The notes beneath the pieces were generated by a model. That model did no database searches. It had not been told where the DNA came from and saw only the letters and a list, made by a program, of their open reading frames with translations. A stretch of DNA of 64,000 nucleotides from an uncultured bacterium. GTDB taxonomy: Bacteria; Krumholzibacteriota; Krumholzibacteriia; WVZY01; JAKEHA01. The stretch spans positions 10,402 to 74,401 of the forward strand of contig CAZULB010000001.1 of assembly GCA_964621155.1 (NCBI GenBank), in the 5' to 3' direction. Shown here piece by piece: positions 19,821 to 29,566 of the stretch. Positions within the stretch are counted from its first letter, which is position 1. Each line of letters begins with the position of its first letter. Position numbers and translations under genes: made by a program.

Positions 19821-20027
19821 GCCGGCAATATAAAAAGGGTCTCAAGCGCGACGCAAATGGGAGTGGTTTGAAAGCTCGACCGGCCATGATGGCGGCGGAG
19901 CTCTCGGACGCGCGTGTCTTCGCGGCGAGTTGCGCTGCGCGCGTACAATGCCTCATCAGCGCGCGAGCACTGTCTGAGCAAGCGAAGACACCGCACGTTC
20001 GAGAGCAGAGCCGGCGTCGAGACAGGG

Positions 20028-20681
20028 CTAGTAGTTGTGCCGCAGGATCTCGCCTTCCACCATGAACACCACGTCTTCCGCGATGTTGGTGGCCAGGTCG
20101 CCGATGCGCTCCAGGTGCCGCGTGGCCGAGATGGTATTGACGGCCGATTCGATTAGCGCCACGTCGTTGCGCATCACCGTCTGCATGGCGGAATACATCA
20201 GTCTGTGCACGCGGTCCACCTCGTCGTCCATGTCGCACACCTTGCGGGCGAGGTTGGCGTCGTGCTCGATCAGCGCGGTCAGGCTGTCCTTCATCATGCG
20301 CTGCACCGTCTGCACCAGGAGATCAAAGTCCTCGGGCCGCGGAACCGGCTCCAGTCCCGCCAGTACCACGGCACGCTCCGCGATGGACACGGCGTGGTCG
20401 CCGATGCGCTCGAGGTCGTTGTTCACCTTGAGCACGGTGATGATGTAGCGCAGATCCGCCGCCACCGGCTGATGCAGCGCCAGCATCTTGAGCGCGTGGT
20501 CCTCGATGCGGTTCTCGTGGTCGTTGATGGCATCATCGACGGCGATCACCTCGCGCGCGAGGTTCCTGTCCCGGCGCACGAGCGCGTTGATGGCGCGATT
20601 GGTGGCTTCCTCCACCATCGCCCCCATGGTGAGGAGCTCTTTGGAGAGCTCATCGAGATCGATCTGCAGGTGTTTTGTCAT
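20028..20681 (-). CDS. phoU: Phosphate signalling complex protein PhoU
   Basis: MTKHLQIDLDELS...two PhoU repeats (RIGDHAVSIAE, RIGDLATNIAEDV). True start is ATG 20681, overlapping the phoR TGA by 4 nt. The 370-aa ORF-track extension is read-through into phoR. Confidence 0.85.
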   Translation of the reverse strand: MTKHLQIDLDELSKELLTMGAMVEEATNRAINALVRRDRNLAREVIAVDDAINDHENRIEDHALKMLALHQPVAADLRYIITVLKVNNDLERIGDHAVSIAERAVVLAGLEPVPRPEDFDLLVQTVQRMMKDSLTALIEHDANLARKVCDMDDEVDRVHRLMYSAMQTVMRNDVALIESAVNTISATRHLERIGDLATNIAEDVVFMVEGEILRHNY

Positions 20682-22501
20682 TGGCTGGCCGCGAATCCTT
20701 CCCGTCGCGGGGTCTCGCCCGGCTTCAGGCCGAGCTGGACGCGGAACGTGCTCCCGCGCCCGGACGCGCTCTTCAGCGATACACTGCCGCCGTGCGCGAG
20801 CGCAACATGTTTGACGATTGAAAGTCCAAGTCCGGTGCCGCCCAGCTGGCGCGAACGCGCCTTGTCCACGCGATAGAACCGTTCGAACACGCGGCTCTGT
20901 TCTTCGGGCGGAATGCCGATGCCGGTATCGGCCACCTCGAGCACGGCGCTGCCGTTTTCGGCCACGAGCTTCACATCCACGCGGCCGCCCGAGGGTGTGT
21001 ACTTGATGGCGTTGCCCACCAGGTTGTCGACCAGCTCGCGCATGGCCTCGGAGTCGCCTTCTATGGTTACCGGGCGCTCGGGAACGCCAAGGTGCAGCTC
21101 GACGCGTTTGGTTTCCGCCGCATGCGTCTGCGTGCGGCACGACTCCGCCACCGTCTCGCGCAGATCCATGGCTTCGAAACGCAGACCGCCGGGGCCCGAT
21201 TCCAGCCGCGACAGGGTCAGGAGATCGGACACCAGATTGCCGAGACGGGTCGACTGGTCGCGAATCTTCTCGATGAAACGGTCGTGGGTGTCCCTGTCCA
21301 TCTGGCGGTCGTCGATCAGGGTTTCCACCAGGCCGCGGATGGCGGTCAGCGGAGTCTTGAGCTCGTGCGAGATGTTGGCCACGAAATCGCGCCGGACCGA
21401 CTCGAGCTGGCGCAGCTCGCTGACGTCGTGCAACACCACCACCGCGCCGTCGATCTGGTCCGCACCGTTGCGCAACGGTGTCGCCGTGAGCTGGATGACC
21501 TGGTCCTTGACCGGTGTCGGGATGCGCACTTCGGAAACGCGCACACGATTCTGGCGCATGGCTTCGCCCAACGCGTCACTCACCTCGACCACGCGCATCA
21601 CTTCCCAGATGCGCCGGCCCAGCGCCGTCTTCGCATCGATGCCGAGAATGGCCTGGGCCGCGGCGTTGGCGTGCACCACGCGCTCGTCGCGATCCACCGC
21701 CACCACGCCTTCCACCATGCCGGCCAGAATGGCCAGCGTCTTGTTGCGGTCCGCCGCCATGGTGTCGAGCTGCGTATGCAGCTGCGCGGTCATGGCGTTG
21801 AGGGCTTCCGCCAGCTCGCCGATTTCGTCCGAGCGCTGCACGTGCAGCCGGGGCGCTGCTTCGCCGCTGGCCACCGCACGCGCCGCGTCCGTCATGTTGA
21901 TCAGCGGTTGCGTGAAAGCGCGCGCCACCAGCAGCCCGAGCACCAGCGCCGCCAGCACCGGCAGCACCATGGCCAGGGCAACGCCACGCCGCACCTCCGC
22001 GCGTCGCGCGGCAATCGCCTCGAGCGTGGCCGACGTGCGCACAAAACCGGCCAGCACCCCCTGCTTCATCACCGGGATGGCGAGATACATCGAATTCGCC
22101 GCCACCGTGCGACTGAAGCGCGTGGACGTGCCCATGCCGTTGTTGGCCGCAGCCATGATCTCGGGACGATCGCGGTGATTGTCCATCGTTGCCGGATCTT
22201 CATTGGAATCCGCCAGCACGCGTCCGTCGGCGGCAATCACCGTGTAGCGCACGCCGGTGCGGGTGCCCAGCGCGCGGATGCGCTGCTCGAACGCCGAGTC
22301 CGGGGGCGCATCGACGAACGGCGCCGCAATGTCGCGCACCAGAAAGGCGTCGCGCTGCAGTGCGTCGCGGATGTCGTCCGACACACCGCGCTCCGCGTCG
22401 CGCACAAGCACCAGCCCCACCACGACCGCGGTGGCGACGATAATGAACGCATAACCTGCGTAGAGCTCCCAGAGGAAGCGGGAACGAAGCAAGCGGTTCA
22501 C
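20678..22501 (-). CDS. phoR: Sensor histidine kinase PhoR-like
   Basis: Two TMs, HAMP/PAS-like region, H-box HELKTPLTAIRG, G-box GGTGLGLSIVKHVALAHGG. Confidence 0.8.
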   Translation of the reverse strand: MNRLLRSRFLWELYAGYAFIIVATAVVVGLVLVRDAERGVSDDIRDALQRDAFLVRDIAAPFVDAPPDSAFEQRIRALGTRTGVRYTVIAADGRVLADSNEDPATMDNHRDRPEIMAAANNGMGTSTRFSRTVAANSMYLAIPVMKQGVLAGFVRTSATLEAIAARRAEVRRGVALAMVLPVLAALVLGLLVARAFTQPLINMTDAARAVASGEAAPRLHVQRSDEIGELAEALNAMTAQLHTQLDTMAADRNKTLAILAGMVEGVVAVDRDERVVHANAAAQAILGIDAKTALGRRIWEVMRVVEVSDALGEAMRQNRVRVSEVRIPTPVKDQVIQLTATPLRNGADQIDGAVVVLHDVSELRQLESVRRDFVANISHELKTPLTAIRGLVETLIDDRQMDRDTHDRFIEKIRDQSTRLGNLVSDLLTLSRLESGPGGLRFEAMDLRETVAESCRTQTHAAETKRVELHLGVPERPVTIEGDSEAMRELVDNLVGNAIKYTPSGGRVDVKLVAENGSAVLEVADTGIGIPPEEQSRVFERFYRVDKARSRQLGGTGLGLSIVKHVALAHGGSVSLKSASGRGSTFRVQLGLKPGETPRREGFAASQ

Positions 22502-22502
22502 A

Positions 22503-23192
22503 TCAATCCTTGAAGCGATATCCCACGCCGCGAATAGTTTCTATCAACTGGCGGTGATCGCCGAGTTTCTTGCGAATGGCACGCACGTGCACATCGATGT
22601 TGCGATCGATCACGATGGCTTCTTCACCGATCACGCGCGTCAACAGCTGGTCGCGCGTAAACACGCGCCCCGGGTGCGAGGCCAGGAAGTGCAGCAGCCG
22701 GAATTCGGTCGCCGTGAGCACGAGGGAGTCGCCGTCCACGCGCACGTCGTGGCGCTGCGGGTCGATGATGACGCCATCGCGCACGATGCGGTCCTTACGT
22801 TCCTTCTCCGGCGCGCTGCGCGAGCGGCGCAGCACCGCCTTTACGCGCGCCACCAGTTCCTTGGGACTGAACGGCTTGACCATGTAGTCGTCCGCGCCCA
22901 TGCCGAGCCCGAGTACGACGTCGGATTCCTCGCCCTTCGCCGTCACCATTATGATAGGAACACCCTGCGTCACCGGGTCGGCCTTGAGCTTGCGGCACAG
23001 GTCGAGCCCGTCGATCTCGGGAAGCATGAGATCGAGGATCACCAGGTTGGGCACGGCGCGTTCGATCTTCGAAAGCCCGTCTTCGCCGCTCGTGCTGGTG
23101 GTGACATCGAAGCCCTCGCGCTTCAAGTTGTACGCGATGACCTCGAGGATGTCCTCCTCGTCCTCGATGACGACAATCTTGTCCGTCTTCAC
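22503..23192 (-). CDS. phoB: OmpR/PhoB-family response regulator
   Basis: Receiver domain (IVVIEDEEDI...LDLMLPEIDG...VTAKGEE) plus winged-helix C-terminus (VIGEEAIVIDRNIDVHV...GVGYRF). Confidence 0.85.
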   Translation of the reverse strand: MKTDKIVVIEDEEDILEVIAYNLKREGFDVTTSTSGEDGLSKIERAVPNLVILDLMLPEIDGLDLCRKLKADPVTQGVPIIMVTAKGEESDVVLGLGMGADDYMVKPFSPKELVARVKAVLRRSRSAPEKERKDRIVRDGVIIDPQRHDVRVDGDSLVLTATEFRLLHFLASHPGRVFTRDQLLTRVIGEEAIVIDRNIDVHVRAIRKKLGDHRQLIETIRGVGYRFKD

Positions 23193-23207
23193 GGTATTAC
23201 CTGCTTT

Positions 23208-24116
23208 CTAGCCAAAGCGGCCCGTGACGTAATCCGAAGTCTCGGTGAGCTTCGGGTTGGTGAAAATCTCCGCGGTGGGTCCGTATTCGATCAGCCGGCC
23301 CAGGTACATGAACGCGGTGAAATCGCTCACGCGCGCGGCCTGCTGCATGTTGTGCGTGACGATCACAATCGAGTACGAACCCTTGAGCTCGTGCATGAGG
23401 TCCTCGATCTTGCCGGTGGCGATGGGATCAAGGGCCGAGCACGGTTCGTCCATCAGCAGCACTTCCGGTTCGCCCGCAATTGCGCGCGCGATGCACAGTC
23501 GCTGCTGCTGCCCGCCGGAAAGGCCCAGGGCACTCTCGTTGAGGCGGTCTTTCACTTCATCCCACAGCGCCGCGCCACGCAGGCTTCTCTCGCATACTTC
23601 ATCCAGGGTAGCGCGCGCGCGCACGCCGTCGACGCGCAGCGAATACACCACGTTCTCGTAGATGCTCATCGGGAATGGATTCGATTTCTGGAACACCATG
23701 CCCATGCGCTTGCGCAGCTCGATCACGTCGACGGCACGACCGTAGATCGAGTCGCCATTGAGCAGAATGTCGCCTTCGATTCGTACGTCGTCGAGCAGGT
23801 CGTTCAGGCGGTTGATCGAGCGCAGGAGCGTCGACTTACCGCAGCCCGACGGGCCGATGATGGCGGTGATGCGTCCCTGCGGCATTCCCATCTCGATGTC
23901 ATGCAGCGCCTGCTTGACGCCGTACCAGAAACGGAAGCGCTGCACGTCGAGCACGTGTTTCTCGCGCGCCAGCGCGTCGTGCACCACCGTGGACACGGAC
24001 TCCCCGCGCGCAATCGCCTCCAACCGGTTCATCGAACCGGAGGGCGGTGTGGTCTCGCCGGATGGGGCGGAAAAAATGGAACGATCGGGCACCGAATTCT
24101 CCCGGTTGGTAGGCAT
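23208..24116 (-). CDS. pstB: Phosphate ABC transporter ATP-binding protein PstB
   Basis: Walker [10 protein letters not shown], signature [14 protein letters not shown], Walker B LLMDEP. Start ATG 24116 overlaps the pstA TAA by 1 nt. The ORF-track upstream extension is read-through. Confidence 0.85.
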   Translation of the reverse strand: MPTNRENSVPDRSIFSAPSGETTPPSGSMNRLEAIARGESVSTVVHDALAREKHVLDVQRFRFWYGVKQALHDIEMGMPQGRITAIIGPSGCGKSTLLRSINRLNDLLDDVRIEGDILLNGDSIYGRAVDVIELRKRMGMVFQKSNPFPMSIYENVVYSLRVDGVRARATLDEVCERSLRGAALWDEVKDRLNESALGLSGGQQQRLCIARAIAGEPEVLLMDEPCSALDPIATGKIEDLMHELKGSYSIVIVTHNMQQAARVSDFTAFMYLGRLIEYGPTAEIFTNPKLTETSDYVTGRFG

Positions 24117-25780
24117 TAGAAGGTACCACCCACGAACTTTCGCCGCAATCTCGTGCGCACGCGGATGGCGGCCACGTTGAGCAGCGCGATAATGGTTATG
24201 AGGAGCAGCGTGGTGGTGAACACCATCGGCTTGGCGGCCTCGCTGTTCTGGCTCTGGAAACCGACGTCGTAGATGTGGAATCCGAGGTGCATGAAGCTGC
24301 GCTCGGGGTGCACGTAGGGAGCGGTGGCGTCTATGGGCAGCGCCGGGGCGAGCTTCACCGCGCCCACCAGCATCAGGGGCGCCACTTCCCCCGCGCCACG
24401 CGCGATGGCCAGGATGAATCCGGTCATGATACCGGGCATGGCGCGCGGCAGCACGATACGGCGGATCGTCTGCCACTTGCTGGCTCCGCATGCGTACGAA
24501 CCTTCGCGCATCGATCGCGGCACCGCCGCCAGTGCTTCTTCCGTGGCCACTACCACGACGGGAAGGGTGAGCAAGGCGAGCGTGAGCGATGCCCAGATCA
24601 GACCGCCCTTGCCGAAGGTCGGATTGGGGAGGCTCTCCGCAAAGAACGTGCGGTCGATGGATGCTCCCATGATGTAGCAGAAGAACCCCAGGCCGAATAC
24701 GCCGAACACGATGCTCGGCACACCGGCAAGATTGTTGATGGCGATGCGCACGGCACTCACCACGGCGCCGGCCCGGGCATACTCGCGCAGGTACAGCGCC
24801 GCCAGCACACCGAACGGAACCACCGCGATCGACATCAGCAGCGTCATGACGATGGTGCCGACAATGGCGGGAAACACGCCGCCCTCGCTGTTGGCTTCGC
24901 GCGGCTCACCGCACAAGAACTCTTTCCATCGCGAGCCATACACACCGAGACGCGAGCCCGCGTTCAGGCGATTGGCCGGATATGCGCGCACAATGTCCGC
25001 GACTGCGATCGCCGCCGTGTCGCCTTTGGCGGTGGCCAGCATCAACTGGTAGCGCGCGTTCTCCTGGTCCAGCGCGCGCATCTCATCCTCGAGCGCGGAG
25101 CGCCGCGCATCCATCGCGCGCTGCTCTCCCTCATGGATGGCGCTCGCCTTCCTGTATTCGGCGGAATCTTTCCCGCTGGCGCGTTCCACCTTGAGCACGT
25201 GCAGCCGCCCACGCTCCACGGTCGCGTTGAGGGCACCAAATTCATCGCGCTGCAGGTGGTAACGCCGGTTGAAGCGGTCAATCACGCCACCGTGAATCTT
25301 TCCGAACTCGGCCCATGCCGCCTCCGGGCCGGTCGCGACCGGCTTGCCGTCGATTCGAAACTCGGTGGGCACGCCGTAGAAACGGCCCCAGGCCCGACGT
25401 TCCAGCACGAGTCCCCACTCCGGACGCGATTCATTGGTGATGTCGGCGTCGTCCACCCACTCGAAGTGCGTGCCCGTTCGCTCGAAGTTGCCGGTGCGCA
25501 CAAGGCGCCGGTGCGCGTCGCCCTCGGTCTGGTGTCGCGTCACCTCTCCCATGAGCACTGTGCCGTTGTTGAGCTCGACGCGCTCCAGCGGATGCGGCCA
25601 GAACGTGGTGCCTCCCTGCCACAGCACCAGCGCGAGCAGGCCGACCACCATCACCGCACACACGGCAAGCGCACCACCCATGAGCCAGATCATGTTCTCG
25701 CCGTGCGCAAGCAGTGATGTGCTTCCGCTCACGCGCTTGAGAAACCTCGGCGCCCCGGGAGTACGCAGCGGCATGCTCAT
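24116..25780 (-). CDS. pstA: Phosphate ABC transporter permease PstA (long form with ~270-aa N-terminal extension)
   Basis: C-terminal ABC permease core ([20 protein letters not shown]...EAA-like region). Gene sits between pstC and pstB. Confidence 0.8.
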   Translation of the reverse strand: MSMPLRTPGAPRFLKRVSGSTSLLAHGENMIWLMGGALAVCAVMVVGLLALVLWQGGTTFWPHPLERVELNNGTVLMGEVTRHQTEGDAHRRLVRTGNFERTGTHFEWVDDADITNESRPEWGLVLERRAWGRFYGVPTEFRIDGKPVATGPEAAWAEFGKIHGGVIDRFNRRYHLQRDEFGALNATVERGRLHVLKVERASGKDSAEYRKASAIHEGEQRAMDARRSALEDEMRALDQENARYQLMLATAKGDTAAIAVADIVRAYPANRLNAGSRLGVYGSRWKEFLCGEPREANSEGGVFPAIVGTIVMTLLMSIAVVPFGVLAALYLREYARAGAVVSAVRIAINNLAGVPSIVFGVFGLGFFCYIMGASIDRTFFAESLPNPTFGKGGLIWASLTLALLTLPVVVVATEEALAAVPRSMREGSYACGASKWQTIRRIVLPRAMPGIMTGFILAIARGAGEVAPLMLVGAVKLAPALPIDATAPYVHPERSFMHLGFHIYDVGFQSQNSEAAKPMVFTTTLLLITIIALLNVAAIRVRTRLRRKFVGGTF

Positions 25781-28302
25781 ATCTGCGCCGACCTTTTTCG
25801 GAATCGGAGGCGCACAATCTCAGCCACCGTGTTCACCAGAAACGTCATGGCGAAGAGCAGGAGTGCCGCAAAGAACAGGGTGCGATAGTGGGTGCTGTTG
25901 CGGACAGCTTCCGGAAGCTCAACGGCGATATTCGCGGACAGTGTGCGGAAGCCATTGAACACATTCATCTGCATCACGGGCGTGTTGCCGGCCGCCATGA
26001 GCACGATCATGGTTTCACCCACAGCGCGCCCCAGGCCGATCATGATGGCGGAGAAGAGGCCGCTCATCGCCGTCGGTAGCACGATACGCACCGCCGTCTG
26101 CCAGGGTGTGGCGCCGGCGCCGAGAGACGCGGCCCGAAGGTGCGAGGGCACCGCGGAAAGCGCATCCTCGGCGATGGTGTAGATGATGGGAATCACCGCG
26201 AAGCCCATCACGAACCCGACCACCAGCGCGTTACGCTGCACGTAGGTGCCGAAGAATCCGCCGCGCGGGTCCGCGTGGACGAGGGTGAGCAGTCCCGCCA
26301 CCGCCAGGGTCAGGAGCAGCGTGGCAATGGCGGCAACTACAAAACGAATGCAGTCCATGCCCGCCACCCGCGAGCGCGACATCGTCATCGACGCACTGCG
26401 GAAACGCGCCTCGGTGAAGCGGCTCGTGCCGAAAATGACAACGGCGGCACACAACGGGATCAACAGCAACACCCATCCCCCGAAACCGCTGCCGCGCTGG
26501 CCATCGAGCCACGACATGATGTCGCCCGCGAAGAGCGTGCGCTCGGCCCACGGCCCCATCAGGGCGGCAAGACCCAGAGAGAATGGCAGGACCAGCAGAA
26601 TGATGACAAAGCGCAAGCGCGACAGGCGGCGTGTCGTGGACGCGGGCAGAAGCTGCCAGAGATACGCGCCGGCCAGCAGTGTCAGCGGCACGATGAGAAA
26701 TCCAACCATCACCGACGCGACGTGCCCCTGCACAAAGGGCGCGAACACGAGCGCGGCCAGGAATCCAAGCACCACGCTGGGCAGACTGGCCATGGACTCG
26801 ATCAGCGTTTTCAAGCGCGGGCGCAGCGACGGAGAAACAAACTCACTGGTGAAGATCGCGGCCAGCAGAGCCAGCGGCACACCAAAAAGCATGGCGTAGA
26901 AAGTGGCCTTGAGCGTACCGAACACGAGCGGCCACAGGCCGAGCTTGGATTCGAAGTCGTCCGTGCCGGCCGACGACTGCCACACGTGCGTGGGCGTCGC
27001 GTAACCTTCGTACCATACGGGGCTGAAGAGCGAACGCAGCGTGACTTCCGGATGCCCGGGTTCGAGGTCAAAGTGCTGGAGCGATGCGCCCGACGCGACC
27101 AGCAATCCGTCCGTCTTGGGCGCAAACGCGAGCGCGTCGACGCGCGCCTTTGGATCGAGCGTCATGTCGATCACGCGCTTGCCGCTGGTGCCCTGGAACA
27201 TGCGCACACGGCCATCGGCGTAGCCTGCCACGAAGAGTCTTGCGCGCGCTGAAGCCGCAAGCGCCGTCACCGCGGACCCGTCACCGCGGAACACGCGCGG
27301 GCTCACCAGCGTGGGCTTGCCGTTCGACTCCGCCTTGAACCACGCCGTCACGTTTCCCTTGTCGTCGCCGAAGAGCACGGTGGAACGGCCGATGAGCGTG
27401 CTGACCGCCGTGATCCGGGCGTTACCCGCCAGCATTCCGGTGGCGATTGCGGGCAGCGCATCGTTGCGCGCATCGAGCATGGTGGCATCGCCGTCGGCGC
27501 CAACGACGAGAATCGAGCTGCCTTCTTCGGTAACGATGACCCGCGCATCGGCGCCGGTTTCGGGCGTCGCCGTCGCGTGGCGGACGATGGCGGTCGCGGT
27601 TTCTCCGGTAAACTCATTTTCCTCGCGCTTGACGCGATCCAGGATGAGCGAATCCCCGGCGAGGGTCACCACCATGAAACCGTTATCGTCGGCGAGATGA
27701 TCGATGGCGCGCAGAGTGGCCGCGCCCACGGCGGGAATCGTCCCGGTACTGTCGAGCTGGGCGCGCTGGCTGCGCAGGGACCCCTCGCTCGTGCGTTCGA
27801 TCACCGCGTCACCGGCCGTTACACAGTCGCCCGCATGCGCCGGCGGTGTATTGGCGGCCACCTCCGCTTCCGCGGGATAGGAGGTGTCAAAGCCGACTCT
27901 GTAGAGCTGAATGCTGCCGTCAGTGCGGCCGAGTGCGAGTGAGCTGGACCTCACATCGAACGACGCGACTGCCAGCGAATCTGCGGAAACGAGGGTTCGC
28001 GTGAGGAGCACGTCACCATTGTCGAGTCGGAAGGAGCGAAATACGCCGTCCTTCCCCAGCTCCCAACCGCAGACCCGGTATTCATCCACTCCCGTGTACA
28101 ACGGTGACGGCGCAGCAGTGGCGCCGTGACCCGACGGCGCCACATCGCCGGAGCGAAACAGCGGATACACCACGCTGAGCAGAAACAAGAATACGCCGGT
28201 GACAGCGAGAATCGTCCCGATGCCCCCGACGGTAATACACATTGCGGCCAACTTGTCCGCGACGCGAACCGTCCAGCGTGTCTTGTGCGCTCGTTTTCTC
28301 AT
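25777..28302 (-). CDS. pstC: Phosphate ABC transporter permease PstC with ~400-aa N-terminal extracytoplasmic domain
   Basis: C-terminal six-TM permease core (GTLKATFYAMLFGVPLALLAAIFTSEF...). N-terminal TM, then a beta-rich region. Sits immediately after pstS. Confidence 0.75.
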   Translation of the reverse strand: MRKRAHKTRWTVRVADKLAAMCITVGGIGTILAVTGVFLFLLSVVYPLFRSGDVAPSGHGATAAPSPLYTGVDEYRVCGWELGKDGVFRSFRLDNGDVLLTRTLVSADSLAVASFDVRSSSLALGRTDGSIQLYRVGFDTSYPAEAEVAANTPPAHAGDCVTAGDAVIERTSEGSLRSQRAQLDSTGTIPAVGAATLRAIDHLADDNGFMVVTLAGDSLILDRVKREENEFTGETATAIVRHATATPETGADARVIVTEEGSSILVVGADGDATMLDARNDALPAIATGMLAGNARITAVSTLIGRSTVLFGDDKGNVTAWFKAESNGKPTLVSPRVFRGDGSAVTALAASARARLFVAGYADGRVRMFQGTSGKRVIDMTLDPKARVDALAFAPKTDGLLVASGASLQHFDLEPGHPEVTLRSLFSPVWYEGYATPTHVWQSSAGTDDFESKLGLWPLVFGTLKATFYAMLFGVPLALLAAIFTSEFVSPSLRPRLKTLIESMASLPSVVLGFLAALVFAPFVQGHVASVMVGFLIVPLTLLAGAYLWQLLPASTTRRLSRLRFVIILLVLPFSLGLAALMGPWAERTLFAGDIMSWLDGQRGSGFGGWVLLLIPLCAAVVIFGTSRFTEARFRSASMTMSRSRVAGMDCIRFVVAAIATLLLTLAVAGLLTLVHADPRGGFFGTYVQRNALVVGFVMGFAVIPIIYTIAEDALSAVPSHLRAASLGAGATPWQTAVRIVLPTAMSGLFSAIMIGLGRAVGETMIVLMAAGNTPVMQMNVFNGFRTLSANIAVELPEAVRNSTHYRTLFFAALLLFAMTFLVNTVAEIVRLRFRKRSAQI

Positions 28303-28378
28303 CTATATGTGTGCCGAAGCCGGCGAGCGACTTTCGTCGCCCGCCGGCCCGGTTGTAACCTTGCGTGGAAGCAACGCC

Positions 28379-29386
28379 TCAGTTGGCGGCCTTCATGGTC
28401 AGGCCGAGCTTGGCGAGCTCCTCGCTCGCGATCTTGGCGTTGACCGGGAAGTAACCGTCCTTGATCACGTCCGCCTGGCCGTCCCGGCTGAGCACATACA
28501 GCAGGAACTCGCGACGGAGCGGATCGAGCTGCGTACCCGGCTTGAGATTCACGTAGACGTACAAGAAGCGCGAGAGCGGGTACTTGCCCGTGTAGGCGAA
28601 TTCCGGTGTGGCCGAGATGGCCTCATCCGTCGCCGTGGCCTTGAGCGGTACTTCGCGCACATCGGCCGATTTGTAGCCGATGCCGCTGTAGCCAATGGCG
28701 TACTTGTCGCTCGAGACCGCCTGGACGACCGCCGCGCTACCCGGCTGCTCCTTCACTTCATCCTTGTAATCACCCTTGAAGAGCGCGTGCTCTTTGAAAT
28801 ACCCGTAGGTGCCCGAGGCCGAATTGCGGCCGTAGAGGCTGATGGGCTTGTCGGCCCATTCGCCGGTGAGACCAAGGTCGCCCCAGGTGCGAATGTCCGC
28901 GGCTGCGCCACCCTTGCGCGTCTTCGAGAAGATAGCGTCGATCTGCTGCATGGTCAGATTCTTGATCGGGTTGTCCTTGTTGACATAGATCGAAAGCATG
29001 TCGATCGACGTGCGGATCGCCGTCGGCTTGTACCCGTATTTCGCCTCGAACTGGTCGACCTCTTCATCCTTCATCATGCGGCTCATCGGACCAAAGGTCG
29101 CGGTGCCTTCGACGAGCGCCGGGGGAGCCGTCGAAGAACCCTTGCCTTCGATCTCGACCTGGACGTTCGGATACGCCTTGCGGAAATCTTCCGCCCACAG
29201 CGTCATCATGTTGTTCATGGTGTCCGAGCCCACACTCTTGATGTTGCCCGACACGCCCGAGACCGTCTTGTACGGCGCGAGCTTCGAATCCACTTTCACC
29301 GCCGTGTCCGCAACGGCCATGGCCACCATCGCCACCAGCGCGCCGGTGATCACCAGCGACACTTTACCAAAGGTTGAGCGAATCAT
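28379..29386 (-). CDS. pstS: Phosphate ABC transporter substrate-binding protein PstS
   Basis: PstS-family motifs (SGVSGNIKSVGSDTMNNMM...GTATFGPMSRMMKDEE). Start ATG 29386 with a GAGGAGG RBS. Confidence 0.8.
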   Translation of the reverse strand: MIRSTFGKVSLVITGALVAMVAMAVADTAVKVDSKLAPYKTVSGVSGNIKSVGSDTMNNMMTLWAEDFRKAYPNVQVEIEGKGSSTAPPALVEGTATFGPMSRMMKDEEVDQFEAKYGYKPTAIRTSIDMLSIYVNKDNPIKNLTMQQIDAIFSKTRKGGAAADIRTWGDLGLTGEWADKPISLYGRNSASGTYGYFKEHALFKGDYKDEVKEQPGSAAVVQAVSSDKYAIGYSGIGYKSADVREVPLKATATDEAISATPEFAYTGKYPLSRFLYVYVNLKPGTQLDPLRREFLLYVLSRDGQADVIKDGYFPVNAKIASEELAKLGLTMKAAN

Positions 29387-29468
29387 GTCTGCAGGTCCTC
29401 CTCGACAGGGCGCCGCAGGCGGCGCCGAAAATTGTTTGATCCTCAAGTCCGTGAGGAGATTAGCGAGG

Positions 29469-29566
29469 CCGGATAAAGATTGTATTAAGGAAAGCTAAAG
29501 GTTTGCGACCGCGGTGAGGATGCGGTGCAAACTGTTACAAGCTAACTAGTTACCGGATAAAGATTG
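29469..29566. promoter_or_regulatory. pstS upstream region with two copies of CCGGATAAAGATTG (29469..29482 and 29553..29566)
   Basis: Exact 14-bp direct repeat, 84 bp apart, upstream of pstS on the transcribed side. Candidate Pho-regulon operator, by inference only. Confidence 0.3.

Noticed and set aside
20681-21140. N-terminal 152 aa of the 370-aa PhoU ORF in the track
   Set aside because: Arg-rich read-through into the phoR coding region. The conserved PhoU sequence begins at MTKHLQ (ATG 20681), whose start overlaps the phoR stop.
20913-22513. Plus-strand ORFs of 421 and 473 aa
   Set aside because: Antisense to phoR, which has clear H-box and G-box motifs on the minus strand.
22554-24119. 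521-aa plus-strand ORF
   Set aside because: Antisense to phoB and pstB, both of which have unambiguous motifs on the minus strand.
24117-24491. N-terminal 125 aa of the 427-aa PstB ORF in the track
   Set aside because: Read-through into the pstA 3' region. Walker motifs and a length of ~300 aa are consistent with a start at ATG 24116.
24275-25717. 480-aa plus-strand ORF
   Set aside because: Antisense to pstA. His/Arg-rich, low-complexity translation.
26140-29377. Plus-strand ORFs 26140..27252 and 28199..29377
   Set aside because: Antisense to pstC and pstS.
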